Positions 1 to 12,377 of a stretch of DNA of 64,000 nt are shown here, one piece after another (position 1 is the stretch's first letter; the number at the start of each line of letters is the position of its first letter). The stretch is taken from NCBI GenBank assembly GCA_051294375.1, contig CM119266.1:9990538-10054537 (forward strand). Reading direction: 5' to 3'. This DNA comes from Paraspadella gotoi (Eukaryota > Animalia > Chaetognatha). Below the pieces are notes generated by a model. That model saw only the letters and a list, made by a program, of their open reading frames with translations. It did not search any database and was not told the origin of the DNA. Position numbers and translations under genes: made by a program.

Positions 1-36
1 TAAGTAAATAGAGAAAAGATGTAAAAATACAATGCG

Positions 37-1670
37 CTAATTTGCGTGTATTTACGAACCAAAATTATTATGCAGCCATTTGTTCTATTGCATTCAAGAT
101 CGTAAAAAGTTCGGACTCAGCCAATATTTAGGATGTCCCTTTAGTCAAATATGATAATAATGACGAGGAACTCAAATGATAAAAAACAAAAAAAGAGAAA
201 TATTTGACAAGGAAAAGTATACAAACCATAAAAACGAAACGAATAATCGAATTTAATATTTTAAAATTATCCTATTTTAGAAAATCATTTAGCCCGGGTT
301 CTTTCCACATTAAAATTTAATCAAGGTAATCAAATTATCGCCCTGCGCCGACGTTCGTATGACCCTGATCCAATCGAGCGCTTCAATACTTATATTTACA
401 TTGTAATTATTAAACGACGCATGCGACCCTTGAAGACGCTTCCAACACGACTTGGGTAGAATCGATCGACAAATGTCTCATGAAGTGCAATCCATCTCTG
501 CCCCAAACTACTAACCGGTCGTCTCACTTCGATTCCCGTCATACAATCGCGAATCAAGAAAGAACAAAAAACCTTTTTTCTTTGTTTTTTTGTTTTTTTT
601 TTCATTCTTTGTTAATTTTTAAGCGTTTTCCATTTATTTCTTTACCGAAATCAATTTTTGTTGTTGAGCATCTATAATTTTTTGAAAAGAATTTTTGAAA
701 TATTTAGTCATTAAAAAACATGTTCTTATAAATCAATATCAATCATCAATTAAACAGTTATGAAGACACATTCACCACCAACCAATCCAACAATAATAAA
801 ATGGTACTAGTTATAACAACATTATTTATTAAAATGATCCCTTTGTCCATAATAAACTCTCCGAATCAAGAAATCAATGTAAATCCTTTATTTATGAGTT
901 TTCTCGGACAAGGCAACTACTCTGGGGAGACTACTTTTCGGTCTTCTGTCGTCCTTGTGTCATCGAATATTCGCCCGATCTGTCCCAACTTCGACTAAAT
1001 AATTCATATAATTGCCTTATTATTCTATTTGTATAAAATACAGCGAACACAAACTTCTCATAATTCTATATATGACTTGCTAGCACACCCTAGAAAATCC
1101 CTAACAACATTATAAAGAATAAACGACATGACTCGATGCCTGAAATGTTCTATAAATACAACGCTAAAAAAAACTTCTATTCGCCATCACGCAATAATAT
1201 TTAATATATACCATCTTCTGTCTAATATTGGATGTATCATGTCTTCACATGCACCCACCAAACTTTCTTCGTCCTCCTCTTTAAAATAACTTTCTTTAAT
1301 ATCACACCTCAATAATTCTTTCATTCTCATAATTCCAACCCACTTTCTCCCTTTCTTTTCCATCATCAGACTTATTTGCATTTCGTTTTTCCCCAACTTT
1401 TCCCTATTCGATTTATACTTCCCATTCTATATCCTCCTTCTTTCTCTCCATACACACGCTATCTAATTAATCGTTCCATATCCCAACCTTCATCCACCTC
1501 TTTTCTGACCACCACCCCAACAATCCTCTCACACCCTCCTCCACCCTCTTCCGCGACCCCAAATTGAATAACTCGCAATGAAGTGCTACTCGGGGCCTGA
1601 ATCAGCTACTAGGCACGAATACATCGAAAACTCGAGACTGACACGACGTCGTCTTCCGTGCGTCGCATTA
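37..1670 (+). repeat. Noisy (indel-rich) direct copy of 5443-7140, probably raw long-read sequence
   Basis: Collinear matches throughout, e.g. 'aaaacgaaacgaataatcgaatttaatattt' (~231) vs 'aaaacgaaacgaatgaatcgaaatttaatattt' (~5619), and 'actcggggcctgaatcagctac' (~1587) vs 'actcggggcctgaaatcagctac' (~7052). Differences are mostly 1-2 nt indels. Confidence 0.9.
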
Positions 1671-1699
1671 TCTCTTCATTCATATACCCTATCACCCTT

Positions 1700-1887
1700 G
1701 TCTTTAAAAATGACAAAGAAAATGACAAAAACGACGACAAGAAAGAGTATTACGTTGTTAGATGTGAGAAGGAAGATGATAACGACGAAGATGACGACAA
1801 TGACGACGACAAAGACGGAGAGGGAAACAAAGACGATAAAGACGGAGATAAAGATGACAGTAACGACGACGAAGACAAGGATGAAGA
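1700..1887. repeat. Degenerate GAC/GAT/AAA low-complexity tract (reads as D/K/E-rich peptide)
   Basis: Repeated gacgac/gataaa/gaagat units. The end 'gaagacaaggatgaaga' recurs at ~3940. Confidence 0.6.
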
Positions 1888-3663
1888 NNNNNNNNNNNNN
1901 NNNNNNNNNNNNAAGTGAAGTATTATCTCTGTTGGTAGTGTTTCCTCGAATACGTGTACCTTTACTTTCTCAGTGTGGTGTGAATCCGAATCGCTCGCAC
2001 TCCTTTCATGATATACATTTTATCTTAAATAATATTTATATATAGAATAAATGAGTTATGGATGTGTTAATTTATTCACTAAAATTGTGAATATTTAAAT
2101 TTAGAGTGTATATCTATCATTATTTGGAACTATATGAATTATATTCATATGTTATTAGTATTATCTTATTATATCTAAATGTCATATTAACTAATTCGTG
2201 TTATATTACGATTGTCTATTAATCTTTAGATTTAAGACTGTCGTGAGTTATTAATACTAATAGATGTGTCATATAGAAGCAATTAACATCAAATTATAAT
2301 TGTCGTTATTGTTTGTTGTATGTAAACCATGTATGTGAATTGTCATGCGTCTTGCAGTGAAGCATAAAAAAAGATATATGTGCTGGTAGTCTGGACTCCT
2401 GTTTATACAATCACGGATATTAGATCATACCCTATATGTTCGATTATATAGAAATTTACATTTTACCTATTAAGTGTGCATATAGTCTTAGGACAGATAG
2501 ATTCGTATATCATACGTTGGGGATTTACTACAATTTTTGACAAATATAGAATTAAACGTTATTTTAATACCGAGCACGTAATGCTGAACAGCAACACTAC
2601 CACCAACCAGTTCTCAAAATTCAGTTCAAATATGTGACTAAGAGTCATCTTTATGTTTCTTTTTTATATTTCACGGAGTTGGTCTGTATTTTTGGAAATA
2701 AATATGTGTGAGTGAGTGGACTCCATAAATTCACTAAATTGCGTATATTGGTTCTTCTAGCCTTCATATTATTGGTGTGTTTTGTGAAATTGTTCTTTGT
2801 CGATTAGGATTTTGTGAATTTATCTCTTTTTAAACCCATCAAAATGTAATGAAGTACGCGTTGGGTTTTTAAGTTTTGTTTGTGTCGTTTTATGAGAGTT
2901 GAGTGTTCGTTTGCTTCTCTGATTTCGTACGTCTTCCTGTCACATCAAGATATAAGCAAAACCTCCATCGCATTTTCCGAGACCATAAGGAATAGAATAA
3001 TATTAAATTTAAAATATAAATTAGTTATAGAATATTAATATTAACAAGAGATCGTAGCAAAAGAAGCCGAAATCATGCGAGGATATATAGTCTTTTATAA
3101 TATCCTTTAACTTTTTTATTTTAGAGATGAGAGTGGCTATAAGATACTTAGTTTCTAACAGTGGATAGAGGATGAGAGATTGTGTATAGAAGAGAGTAGT
3201 AGGTAGAGTATGAGTAGAGGATGAGAGATCGAGATGATATGATTGAAGACAAAGTGGAGAGATGAAGAAGTGAATGATGAGGAGAGAGGTGTGAGATACA
3301 GAGAAAGAGATAAGAGAGAAACATCTCTCGTAAATTAATCGTTGAGATATAGAAGTAGAAATCATAATAATTATAATGGAATTAGTTAACATAATTTGAA
3401 AAATATGTATCTTTAATTCAGTTACATAAACAAGTCCTTGAAACGAGAGAGAAAGAAAAAAATAAGCCCTTCTTAAATAGAGAGAGAATAAAAGTAGAGA
3501 GAGAGAAAAGAGAAAGAGGAATGAGAAAAAGAGAGAGAGAGAAAAAGAGAGAGTAGAAAGAAAGGGAAGAGAAGAGAGAGTACAGACAGGGAGAAATATT
3601 CCTCAGATATTAATAAGCACATAGAAAGTATATTTTTCTCATCTAAACTTTGCTCTCTCTTTA

Positions 3664-3914
3664 ACTCGCCCCTGGGGAGCAAGTTTTTGTGCTCCCAAGG
3701 GTTACCCCCAGGGCAGACTTTTTTTGGCCCCAGGGGGCTAAGCATATAGGGGCGCCCCTAATAGACCCAAAATGTGTTGGCCCCAGGGGGAACCCCCCCT
3801 GTGCGCGCCCCTGAGGCATCGCAGACAGGGGCGCCCCCTCATGACCCATTTGGCTGCTCCCCTGGCAATAAGTCTGCCCCTGGGGCCGCCCCTAGAGCCG
3901 CCCCGCGGGCGGAG
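3664..3914. mobile_element. GC-rich, palindrome-dense MITE-like element
   Basis: Imperfect terminal inverted repeats (actcgcccctgggg 3664-3677 / ccccgcgggcggag 3901-3914). Internal inverted pair ccccagggcagactt (~3706-3720) / aagtctgcccctgggg (~3870-3885). Perfect palindrome TAGGGGCGCCCCTA at 3747-3760. Direct repeat ttggccccaggggg at 3724 and 3777. Sharp GC contrast with the flanks. Confidence 0.5.
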
Positions 3915-4147
3915 GATTTGGGGATGACAAATATTCAACGAAGACAAGGATGAAGATGACAAAGCCGCGAAGATTACTACACAGAAAGATGATGAAGATG
4001 ACGAACGACGACGATTCTGCGGTCGGCGTCGCATCGATTTCCTATACAAAGTTTTTTTCTTCTTCTTTCGGCCCAAACGGAAGTGAAGCAGACGCCGCCT
4101 CCTCGTCGGGCGGAAGGGATGTCCCTTCGAGGATAGGAGTTCCGCTG

Positions 4148-4460
4148 AGGACAGAAGAGAGATAAGGACAGACGAGACGTAAGGACAGAAGAGAGGTGGG
4201 GGACGGAGGAGAGCTGAAGACTTGTATCAGACAAACAGTCATGAGATGAGGACAGACGATCTGAGAACGGACACGAGCAGGGGATAGAAAGAGATGATAA
4301 TTTCTGGGGCATAAGGAAGGGCAAGAGATACAGACAGACGAGACAAATGGACAGAATGTCAATCAAGAACAGACGAGACGTAAGGAGAGACAAGAGGTGT
4401 GGACAGAGGAGACAAACAGACCGGAGATAAGGACAGAGAGGAAAAGACAAAAGATAAGGA
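4148..4460. repeat. Degenerate GACA/GAGA-rich tandem repeat (~200-bp higher-order period)
   Basis: 'agacgagacgtaagga' occurs at ~4170 and ~4371; many gacaga/gataagga subunits. Confidence 0.55.
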
Positions 4461-4542
4461 CAAACAGTTCTCGGCGGAACAACAGATGGTTTCCATCAAG
4501 AATGAAGGATGAGCACGAAAAATGGTTCGTTAAAAGGGCAGA

Positions 4543-5624
4543 CGATTTACTCGCCCTCTTTCTGTGGAAAAAAAGTGAGAGTGAAAAGTCACAAAAAAGT
4601 TCATTTTTTTCGAAAGTGGCGGAGAAACTAGGTATCGACGTCGGTGAGAAGAAATATAAAGAAGGTAGAAGAGACAAAAGGTATGATAGAGATAGAGATA
4701 AAGGTAAAAAAAGAAAAAGAAGTAAAATAGCAAACGACTGATAATAATATTATTATCTTTTCATACAATTGAAACATTCTTTTAAATATTATACCACTTC
4801 ATAGATAGGGAAGCCAGGTTCACTGGGAGTGAATAAATAAGACTGTGAGAGAGTCTTGATTGAAAGCTTGCAGTAACCTGCTATGTTATTATCTTGTAAG
4901 TGTGCTGGAGGCCTTAAACCGCCAAAGCCTGTCCAAAGTCAGGGACAAGATAGCTTATTTATTAATTGAATGGATAATTTTTATATTGGTTGTACCAATT
5001 TCATTTCATATTATATGCGTGTGATTTAGACAAAAATGATTGAGGCAGTCATTTTTTCTATTGCATCAGAATCGTAAAAAGTTTAGGACCGCGATATATG
5101 GATATATGGATATATGGATCGTCCCTTAGTTTAAAGATAGAAAGGACGAGGAATCAAATTGATAAAAGAGCAAAAATGATTTGAAAAGGAAAAGAAGAAA
5201 AACATAAAAACGANNNNNNNNNNACGATTTACTCGCCCTCTTTCGGTGAAACAGCGTCGCCCGATCGATGCAAAAAGTGAGAGTGAAAATTCACAAAAAA
5301 GTTCATTTTTTTCGGAAGTGGCGGAGAATCAAGGAATCGACGTCGGTGAGAAGAAATATAAAGAATGTAGAAGAGACAAAATGTAGGATAGAGATAGAGA
5401 TAAAGGTAAAAAGAGAAAAAGAAGTGAAATAGAAAACGACTGATAATTTGCGTGTGATTTAGACAAAAATTATTGAGGCAGCCATTTGTTCTATTCTAAA
5501 AGTCTCGGACCGCGAAATTTGGATCGTCCCTTAGTTTAAAGATGGAAATGACCAGGAATCAAATTGATAAAAAATCAAAAAAGAGAAAGGATTTGAAAAT
5601 GAAAAGAATAAAAACATAAAAACG
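4543..5624 (+). repeat. Two divergent copies (likely haplotypes) placed in tandem around a 10-N gap: 4543-5213 and 5224-5624
   Basis: Both copies start 'acgatttactcgccctcttt' and end 'aacataaaaacga'. They differ by substitutions and a few block indels, including a 270-bp insertion. Confidence 0.85.
4746..5015. mobile_element. 270-bp insertion present in only one copy of the duplicated segment
   Basis: Filled site actgataat|...|tgcgtgtg versus empty site actgataatttgcgtgtg at ~5439-5456. The noisy copy at ~37 also has the empty site. Confidence 0.6.
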
Positions 5625-8600
5625 AAACGAATGAATCGAAATTTAATATTTTTAAAATTTCCTATTTTTAATAAATAGATTTACCCGGCGTTTTTCCATT
5701 CAGAAATCTAATCAAGTAATCAATTATCGCCGGCGCGACGTTGATGAACGCTGATCAATCGAGCGCTAATATATATATGTATAATTTGTACATTGATTAA
5801 ACGACGCCCGTCGACCGTTGAAGACGTTCGCCAACGCGATTGAGAATCGATCGACGAAATTGTTTTGAAAGGCAACTCCATCTCTGACCCCAAACTCTAA
5901 CCCCGTCGCTCGACTCGATTTTCGTCAACAAATCGACGAATCGAAGAAAAGAAAAAAAAAACTTTTTTTGTTTTTCTTTTCTTTTTCTTTGTTAATTTTT
6001 TTAAGGCGTTTTCCTTTTTTTATTCTTTAGCGAGGGAAATAATTTTTGTTGTTGATGTAAATTTTTGATGATTTTTGAAATTAATCATTAAAAACATTTA
6101 AATCAATAAAATCAATTAAAAACAGTAAAAGAACATTACACCAAACCAATTCAAACGAAATAAAATGGGATAAGAGAGTTTTTATTGAAAACTGACGCTA
6201 TGTTATAATGTAACTTCTCCGAAGTCAGAAGACATGATAACTTATTTATTGGTTTTTCGCGGAGACAAATCTGCTGAGTCCTTTCGGTCTTCTGGGGTGT
6301 CGTTTTGTCGGTCGGTATGTTGTCAGTCGGTCTGGTCCACTTTCGCTAAAAATACATATAATTTCGCCTATAGTTGATTGCTATTTGTTAATACAGGAAA
6401 AACTCAAAACATAAATGATGCTAGCTCCCATTCGGAGAATCTAAAACTTTAAAGAATAAAAGACAAGATTCCGATGCAATGCGTCTCATAAATACACGTG
6501 AAAAAAAAACTCATTGCGGCGCAATACATTTGAATTACCGATCTTGTTATATTGGTTGTTCAATGTTCATTGATAAATTTCCGTCGTCTCCTCTTTAAAT
6601 ATAACTTTCTTTAAATATCCAGCCTCAAAATTCTTTCATTCTCAATCACAAACTTCCCACTTTCCTCCGCTTTCTTTNNNNNNNNNNNNNNNNNNNNNNN
6701 NNNNNNNNNNNNNNNNNNNNNNNNNNNNNNNNNNNNNNNNNNNNNNNNNNNNNNNNNNNNNNNNNNNNNNNNNNNNNNNNNNNNNNNNNNNNNNNNNNNN
6801 NNNNNNNNNNNNNNNNNNNNNNNNNNNNNNNNNNNNNNNNNNNNNNNNNNNNNNNNNNNNNNNNNNNNNNNNNNNNNNNNNNNNNNNNNNNNNNNNNNNN
6901 NNNNNNNNNTACTCTCCTTCTTTCTCTTCCATCAAACGCTATCTAATTCATCGTTCCACTTCCCAACCTTCCACCCTCTTTTCTACCACCACCCCAAACT
7001 CCCTCTCAACCCTTCCTCCCTCTCGGCGACCCGCAAATGATCGAATGGGGACTCGGGGCCTGAAATCAGCTACAAGGCCACCGAAGTACATCGAAAAAGG
7101 TCGAGACGTGACGACGACGTCGTCTTCGTCGTCGTCGCATTCGTCATTAAAGCTGACTTCGTCGTGGTCGGGGTTGTTGCTGTGAATGTTGTTGTTGTAT
7201 TCTTCGTCTCGACTTTTGTAGTCAAGCTGTTGATAATTTTTTTTTTTACAATTACCGTTTTGGTTTTGTTACCATTGACTTAATTGGACGAGGGGATATC
7301 AAATATCATTCTATTTCTATATGATTACTTTCGCGACGTTGACATTGTCGTCGTGATTGTGACTGTCGACATCGTCATTATGATCTTAGTCGTCGTTATC
7401 ATCGTCGTTATCATCGTCGTTATCGTCGTCGTCGTCATCATCCGTCTAGTCACCGGACGAGGGAGAGAGTCAGGTCGCATTATCCTAATTCGTCTCCCGA
7501 CGGGGGAATTTTCAAAGTTGACTCTTTTTTTTTTTCCCGAAATGTTGTTAACTTAACTTCATATAATTTAAGTTTATACTTTCACCGACGAGGTCATCGA
7601 GCCATAATCTCTTTCTCCCCGCTCGATTTCTGAGAAAAGATCTCTTTTCTGAGAAACGATTTCTTTCCTTCAAATCTTTTAATGTATTCAAAGATTAGAA
7701 TCGCCTGCGCCAAAGTATTTAAGCGGACGAATCCTCGCGAATATTTTTTTTTTTTTGGCTGACGCGGCGGATTTTTGGCCAACGATCTACAATCTGTACT
7801 TTTGTATCTCAAAAGGTTACGAACGGCTTACAGTCAGCTTACGAAGCTGGATACAATCAGCTTTTGCCCAGCTACAAACGGTCCTTATCATTCCCTCTCT
7901 CCCNNNNNNNNNNNNNNNNNNNNNNNNNNNNNNNNNNNNNNNNNNNNNNNNNNNNNNNNNNNNNNNNNNNNNNNNNNNNNNNNNNNNNNNNNNNNNNNNN
8001 NNNNNNNNNNNNNNNNNNNNNNNNNNNNNNNNNNCCTCTTGTTTCCCGGTCGGCGGTATTCTCCGCCACGCCTCTTCCGCTCTTTACGCCAGTTATGATG
8101 TATGGTCCGCGAAAGACCAATAAAAGGCCCTTGACCGCCCCCTGGCGACCCCGAGCGCGACGCCCCCTCCCCTCTACCGACTCTCATCCCCCACCATCTT
8201 CTCTCTCCGCGGCAAAAAGTCAGTCCTTATGTCCGAAGGCTTTGTCCTGAGGAGGGGGAGGAGAGGCTAGGAGTACCTGGAGTTGGGGAGTCGTGAGGGG
8301 CGCGTAAAAAGTGACGATACTAGAAGGAGTCGAGGAGAAAAGGGGAAGGGGAAGTATAAGCCTGAAAAGAGTAAAAAAAAGGTTAAAAGAAAACCTAGTT
8401 ATAAAAATAATGCGTCATAAGTTAATGGAAAGCTGTTCTTAGTAAGTTCTGTTAGTTCCAGGAATGAAACGAAGCGTTAGGACTCCCCAAAGCGAATCAT
8501 TATATGTAATGTTCTACATAATTCGTCATGAATTATAGATGATTCACTCTACCTTCAATATTAACGATCAACGGTAACCATAGAAACCGTTAGATTGCAA

Positions 8601-8924
8601 TTCGCTTCGTTGGCCATCGAGTCTCGCGCGGATTCCATGCGATTTTTCATCGATGCGAATCTCGCTTGACTGAAGAGACGCGACCAATAATGCGAGAAGA
8701 GATAAGTCGGCGATTGAGAGAAGAATAAAAAAAAGAGAATAAAATTAAAAGTAAAAAACTTAAGAGAAGAAAATATTATGCATAAAAACAGTGAGGAAAA
8801 AGGAACATGATAAAAACAGCCAGAAAAAAAAAAAACAGAAAAAAAAGATTAATAAAAAAATGTTGGTCTTCTTTTCAGACGAGAATCCTGGGTTTTGCGT
8901 CGATCCATCAACGGGCGGAACCAA

Positions 8925-8960
8925 TCCATCAAACTCCATCAAACTCCATCAAACTCCATC
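8925..8960. repeat. 10-bp tandem repeat (AAACTCCATC)x3.5
   Basis: Directly visible: tccatc aaactccatc aaactccatc aaactccatc. Confidence 0.85.
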
Positions 8961-9389
8961 TAGTTTCTGGATGCCTTGTTGCGCCGGAAACCAGAATCGA
9001 TCACTCTTACGTTTTTGTATCTTCATTTCTAAATAAGGAAACCTTTTCGTGTTTGCTTGTAAAGGTTTGGAACTGTATTACCTTAGTTTACAACGTTCTA
9101 ACCTTTTATGAGAAAAATAGCTTCATTCTCGCCCAAAAACGTATGATTATAAATGTTATTAAACAACTGTTATATAAAAACTCTCCAATCATTCATTCCC
9201 TTCAATCCTTCTGTCCTAACGTTAATCGGAAAGATCGTTCCATTCTTTACTTATTAATTTTAGTTTACTTTATACATTTTTACATTGCAGCAATCCAACG
9301 AATTCCGCAATGCTCACCGAAAGAGATACAATAGCGTCTTCCTCTAAGCAACATAAATCACCCTTCCTCCCCTCTAAAACCCCCCACCG

Positions 9390-9452
9390 TCTCTCTCAGT
9401 CTCTCTCTCTCCTCTGTCTCTCTCTCTCTCTTCTCTCTCTTCTCTCTCATCT

Positions 9453-9490
<38 letters not shown>
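9390..9490. repeat. Imperfect (CT)n microsatellite
   Basis: Directly visible. Confidence 0.9.
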
Positions 9491-10129
9491 ATCGGCGTAT
9501 TTTAGAGTTATCCCCCTCGCGTCGCCTCACGTCCTATCCCCCATCCTCCCCAGGGGGCGACGCTTCCCGCCGCCGCGTTTAGCCCTCGTCCCGATTTCCA
9601 TAAATATCTCGATTTCTTCCTTTGATCCGAATCGTTTGTCTCGCGAGTCGCGCGACGGACGGCGGAGGACGGAGGCGGGTGCGGCCACTGGAATATGAAA
9701 AAAGAGAAAAGGGGGGGTGTGGTGGGAAGTGGGGGGACGGGGATTAAGTTATGATATTGTTTTGTTAAAATACGTATAAAGGATACTTTACTTCATCGTT
9801 AGTTTTGTGTACTCAATGACAAAATAAACCAAAAAAACATTATTAGTTAAAAGTTAAATTGAAAATTAAGAAATAGACATAAGTAAGACAAACTACCTAA
9901 GGCATAAACAGACAAATCGCCGTCTACGTCTTCGTAGTAATGTGAGCCGAAAGAAGTCATAATCTCAAAGTGTAAAAACATGATTAGCAAAATAAAGGTT
10001 AAATCACTTTTTTATATTGAATTCTGTTTTTTTTTTCCAAATTTCAGAAGTTTCAAAGAAATTTGAGCCAAATTGAACCTCATTTGAGAAGCGACAACCC
10101 GACTATCGCGGAAATAAACTCGGGTATAT

Positions 10130-10132
<3 letters not shown>

Positions 10133-10201
<69 letters not shown>

Positions 10202-10204
10202 CTC
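10133..10204. repeat. (CT)n microsatellite
   Basis: Directly visible. Confidence 0.92.
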
Positions 10205-12377
10205 GTCGCTAAGAGAGCCCGCGTTTTTTTATCTTTTACGACGTCGTCTTCAAAAGCTTCTTTTTATGTTGTTAACGCCTACCTTAACTCTCCTCGCAAA
10301 TCCCACCCTAACAGACCCTTGTATCGTAACTTACCTAATCTCCCCCTCTGCCCTTCTTTTACAACTCACCCTCTCACTGCGCGTGAATTTCACGTGACAA
10401 AAACGGGAGCGAGAGAGAGAGAGAGAGAGAGTGAGGATATTATTCTATTTTTTATTTTGATTTTTTTTAACCCTTCTTATTTTTATTTCTTTTTTCCACA
10501 TAAACATCTTCCTTCGCTCAATAAGTTGATCGTTGGCTAAAACGACTTCTTTTCAAAAGATATTATACAACAGATTAGCTTACTTTCGTTTTTTTTTTTT
10601 ATGATAAAGTCCGAAGTTTTTCTTTGAGACTTTGTAAAAGTAATAAAAAAAAATCTGTGGGTATTTTCTTCTCTATTTTGGATAACGACGAAAACGACGA
10701 CAAAAACGACGGCGAAGAAGATGACGACCAAAGACGAGCAAATTTCCCGAAATGCGCGGAAAAAATGAGAAATCAGTTTTTCGTAATTTTTTTTTCTTGA
10801 GAGCACTGATTACAACTAGTGTTCTCAAAAACACTTGAACTAAAATTTAAAAAAATATATTTTGTATCGATCGCTTACTTTTCAATTAAATTATAGATGA
10901 ACGAAAATCAAATTACAAAACCATTTACTTATAATGCTCAATGACTAATTAAATTTTTACGCCATTATTTTTAAAAAAAGGGAATATAGAACCCTGATCG
11001 TGTTGGTCTCCCGAAGACGCTATCCGGGGCGCTCGCTCAACTGCGACGAATCGCCCTCTCGCCGAAAACGGTTTAGCGAGAGGCGATGGTGGCAACTGCG
11101 GCTGCAGCGGCGGCATCGACGGCAGCGGCGGTGGCTGCGGCGGCGAAACTGATGCTCATTTGCATATCAGCGTCATTCTCGCCGCGGAAGTAGACGCGCG
11201 CCTCTTACGGTAGATGATGAAAGCGGAAACTGAGCATGTGAAAAGGGGTGAGAAATTTAAGTGTGACGAGCGATTGGATGTAGATGAGTTAAAATTTTGA
11301 AAATTTCCTTACCTCTAAAACGCACATAATATATGTAAAGCGTTTCGTAATATACGGAATAATACGTTAAAGACGATATTCGTGATCTAAAACTACTTAG
11401 TTTAATTTAGACTAAAATTAAGGTCAACAGTGATTTAAATGTATACATAAAATTATTAAGCTTCATCTGTAAGATTAGGAGGCGCATCAGAGAGAGGAGC
11501 ATTCGAGGGCCCAACGCAGAATACCGCAGATTTCGTCGGCCGCGGCGCTGAGGCGTCGGCTGCCGTCGGATCGTTAAGCGACGACGACGACGAGAACAAC
11601 GCCGTCGTTAACGACGACAACGACGTCGATAAAAACAACATCAACTGGGTTCTCTGCCAACCCCATCACCGCCGCCGCCGCCGCCATCACCGGCGACTCC
11701 GCAGCCATCGCCGCCGCCTTTATTACCACATTCTCCGCCGAAATCCGCCGACCACCGATTAATATCAAGTAGGGAAAAAAAATGGCGAATTTTCTTGCGA
11801 TTAAAGGAAAATCTTTGAAATTTTGAGCAGAGGGAATGGTCACTTGAATTATCACTTGCAAATTAAGGAGGATAAACATTTATAGCTGGAGCTTTATCTA
11901 TATACAATCGCGTTAACTAAAAAAAAAGTCTGGTACTTCAAATGATAAGATGTTGCCCTTGATAATGGGCGATAAAATAGCAGATTGGCGCTAAAACGCA
12001 GACGAGCTCTTTGACGCTTTATTTACCTACCGTTGGCCCAAAGTTGTAGGAAGTTCGTTCGGAATTTGGAGGATCAAGATTTTTTGGGGCTTGAGATTTT
12101 TTGACAAAGAAATAGACGTTCTGGCCATCGGAGATTCGATATTATTAATATATGTAGACCCTTAATCGATTAATTTTAACGATTTACTGTTACTAATGAC
12201 ATTAGTAATGTTCGAAAGTAAAAAACAAAACAAAATAAACTGAATTGATTTGACCGAAGAAGATAAATAAAAAAATAAAAAAAAGAATCTCGCTCGCTGA
12301 AGGAAGGAAAGGATGATGATCTTGATCGGAGAAGTTTAGACGAAAACCCGATTTGTCAAAGCGAAGCAGTCGAGTTT

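Noticed and set aside
1578-2045. T/K/M-rich and D/K-rich ORFs
   Set aside because: Translations of a GAC/GAT low-complexity tract crossing an N-gap; no domain or splice support.
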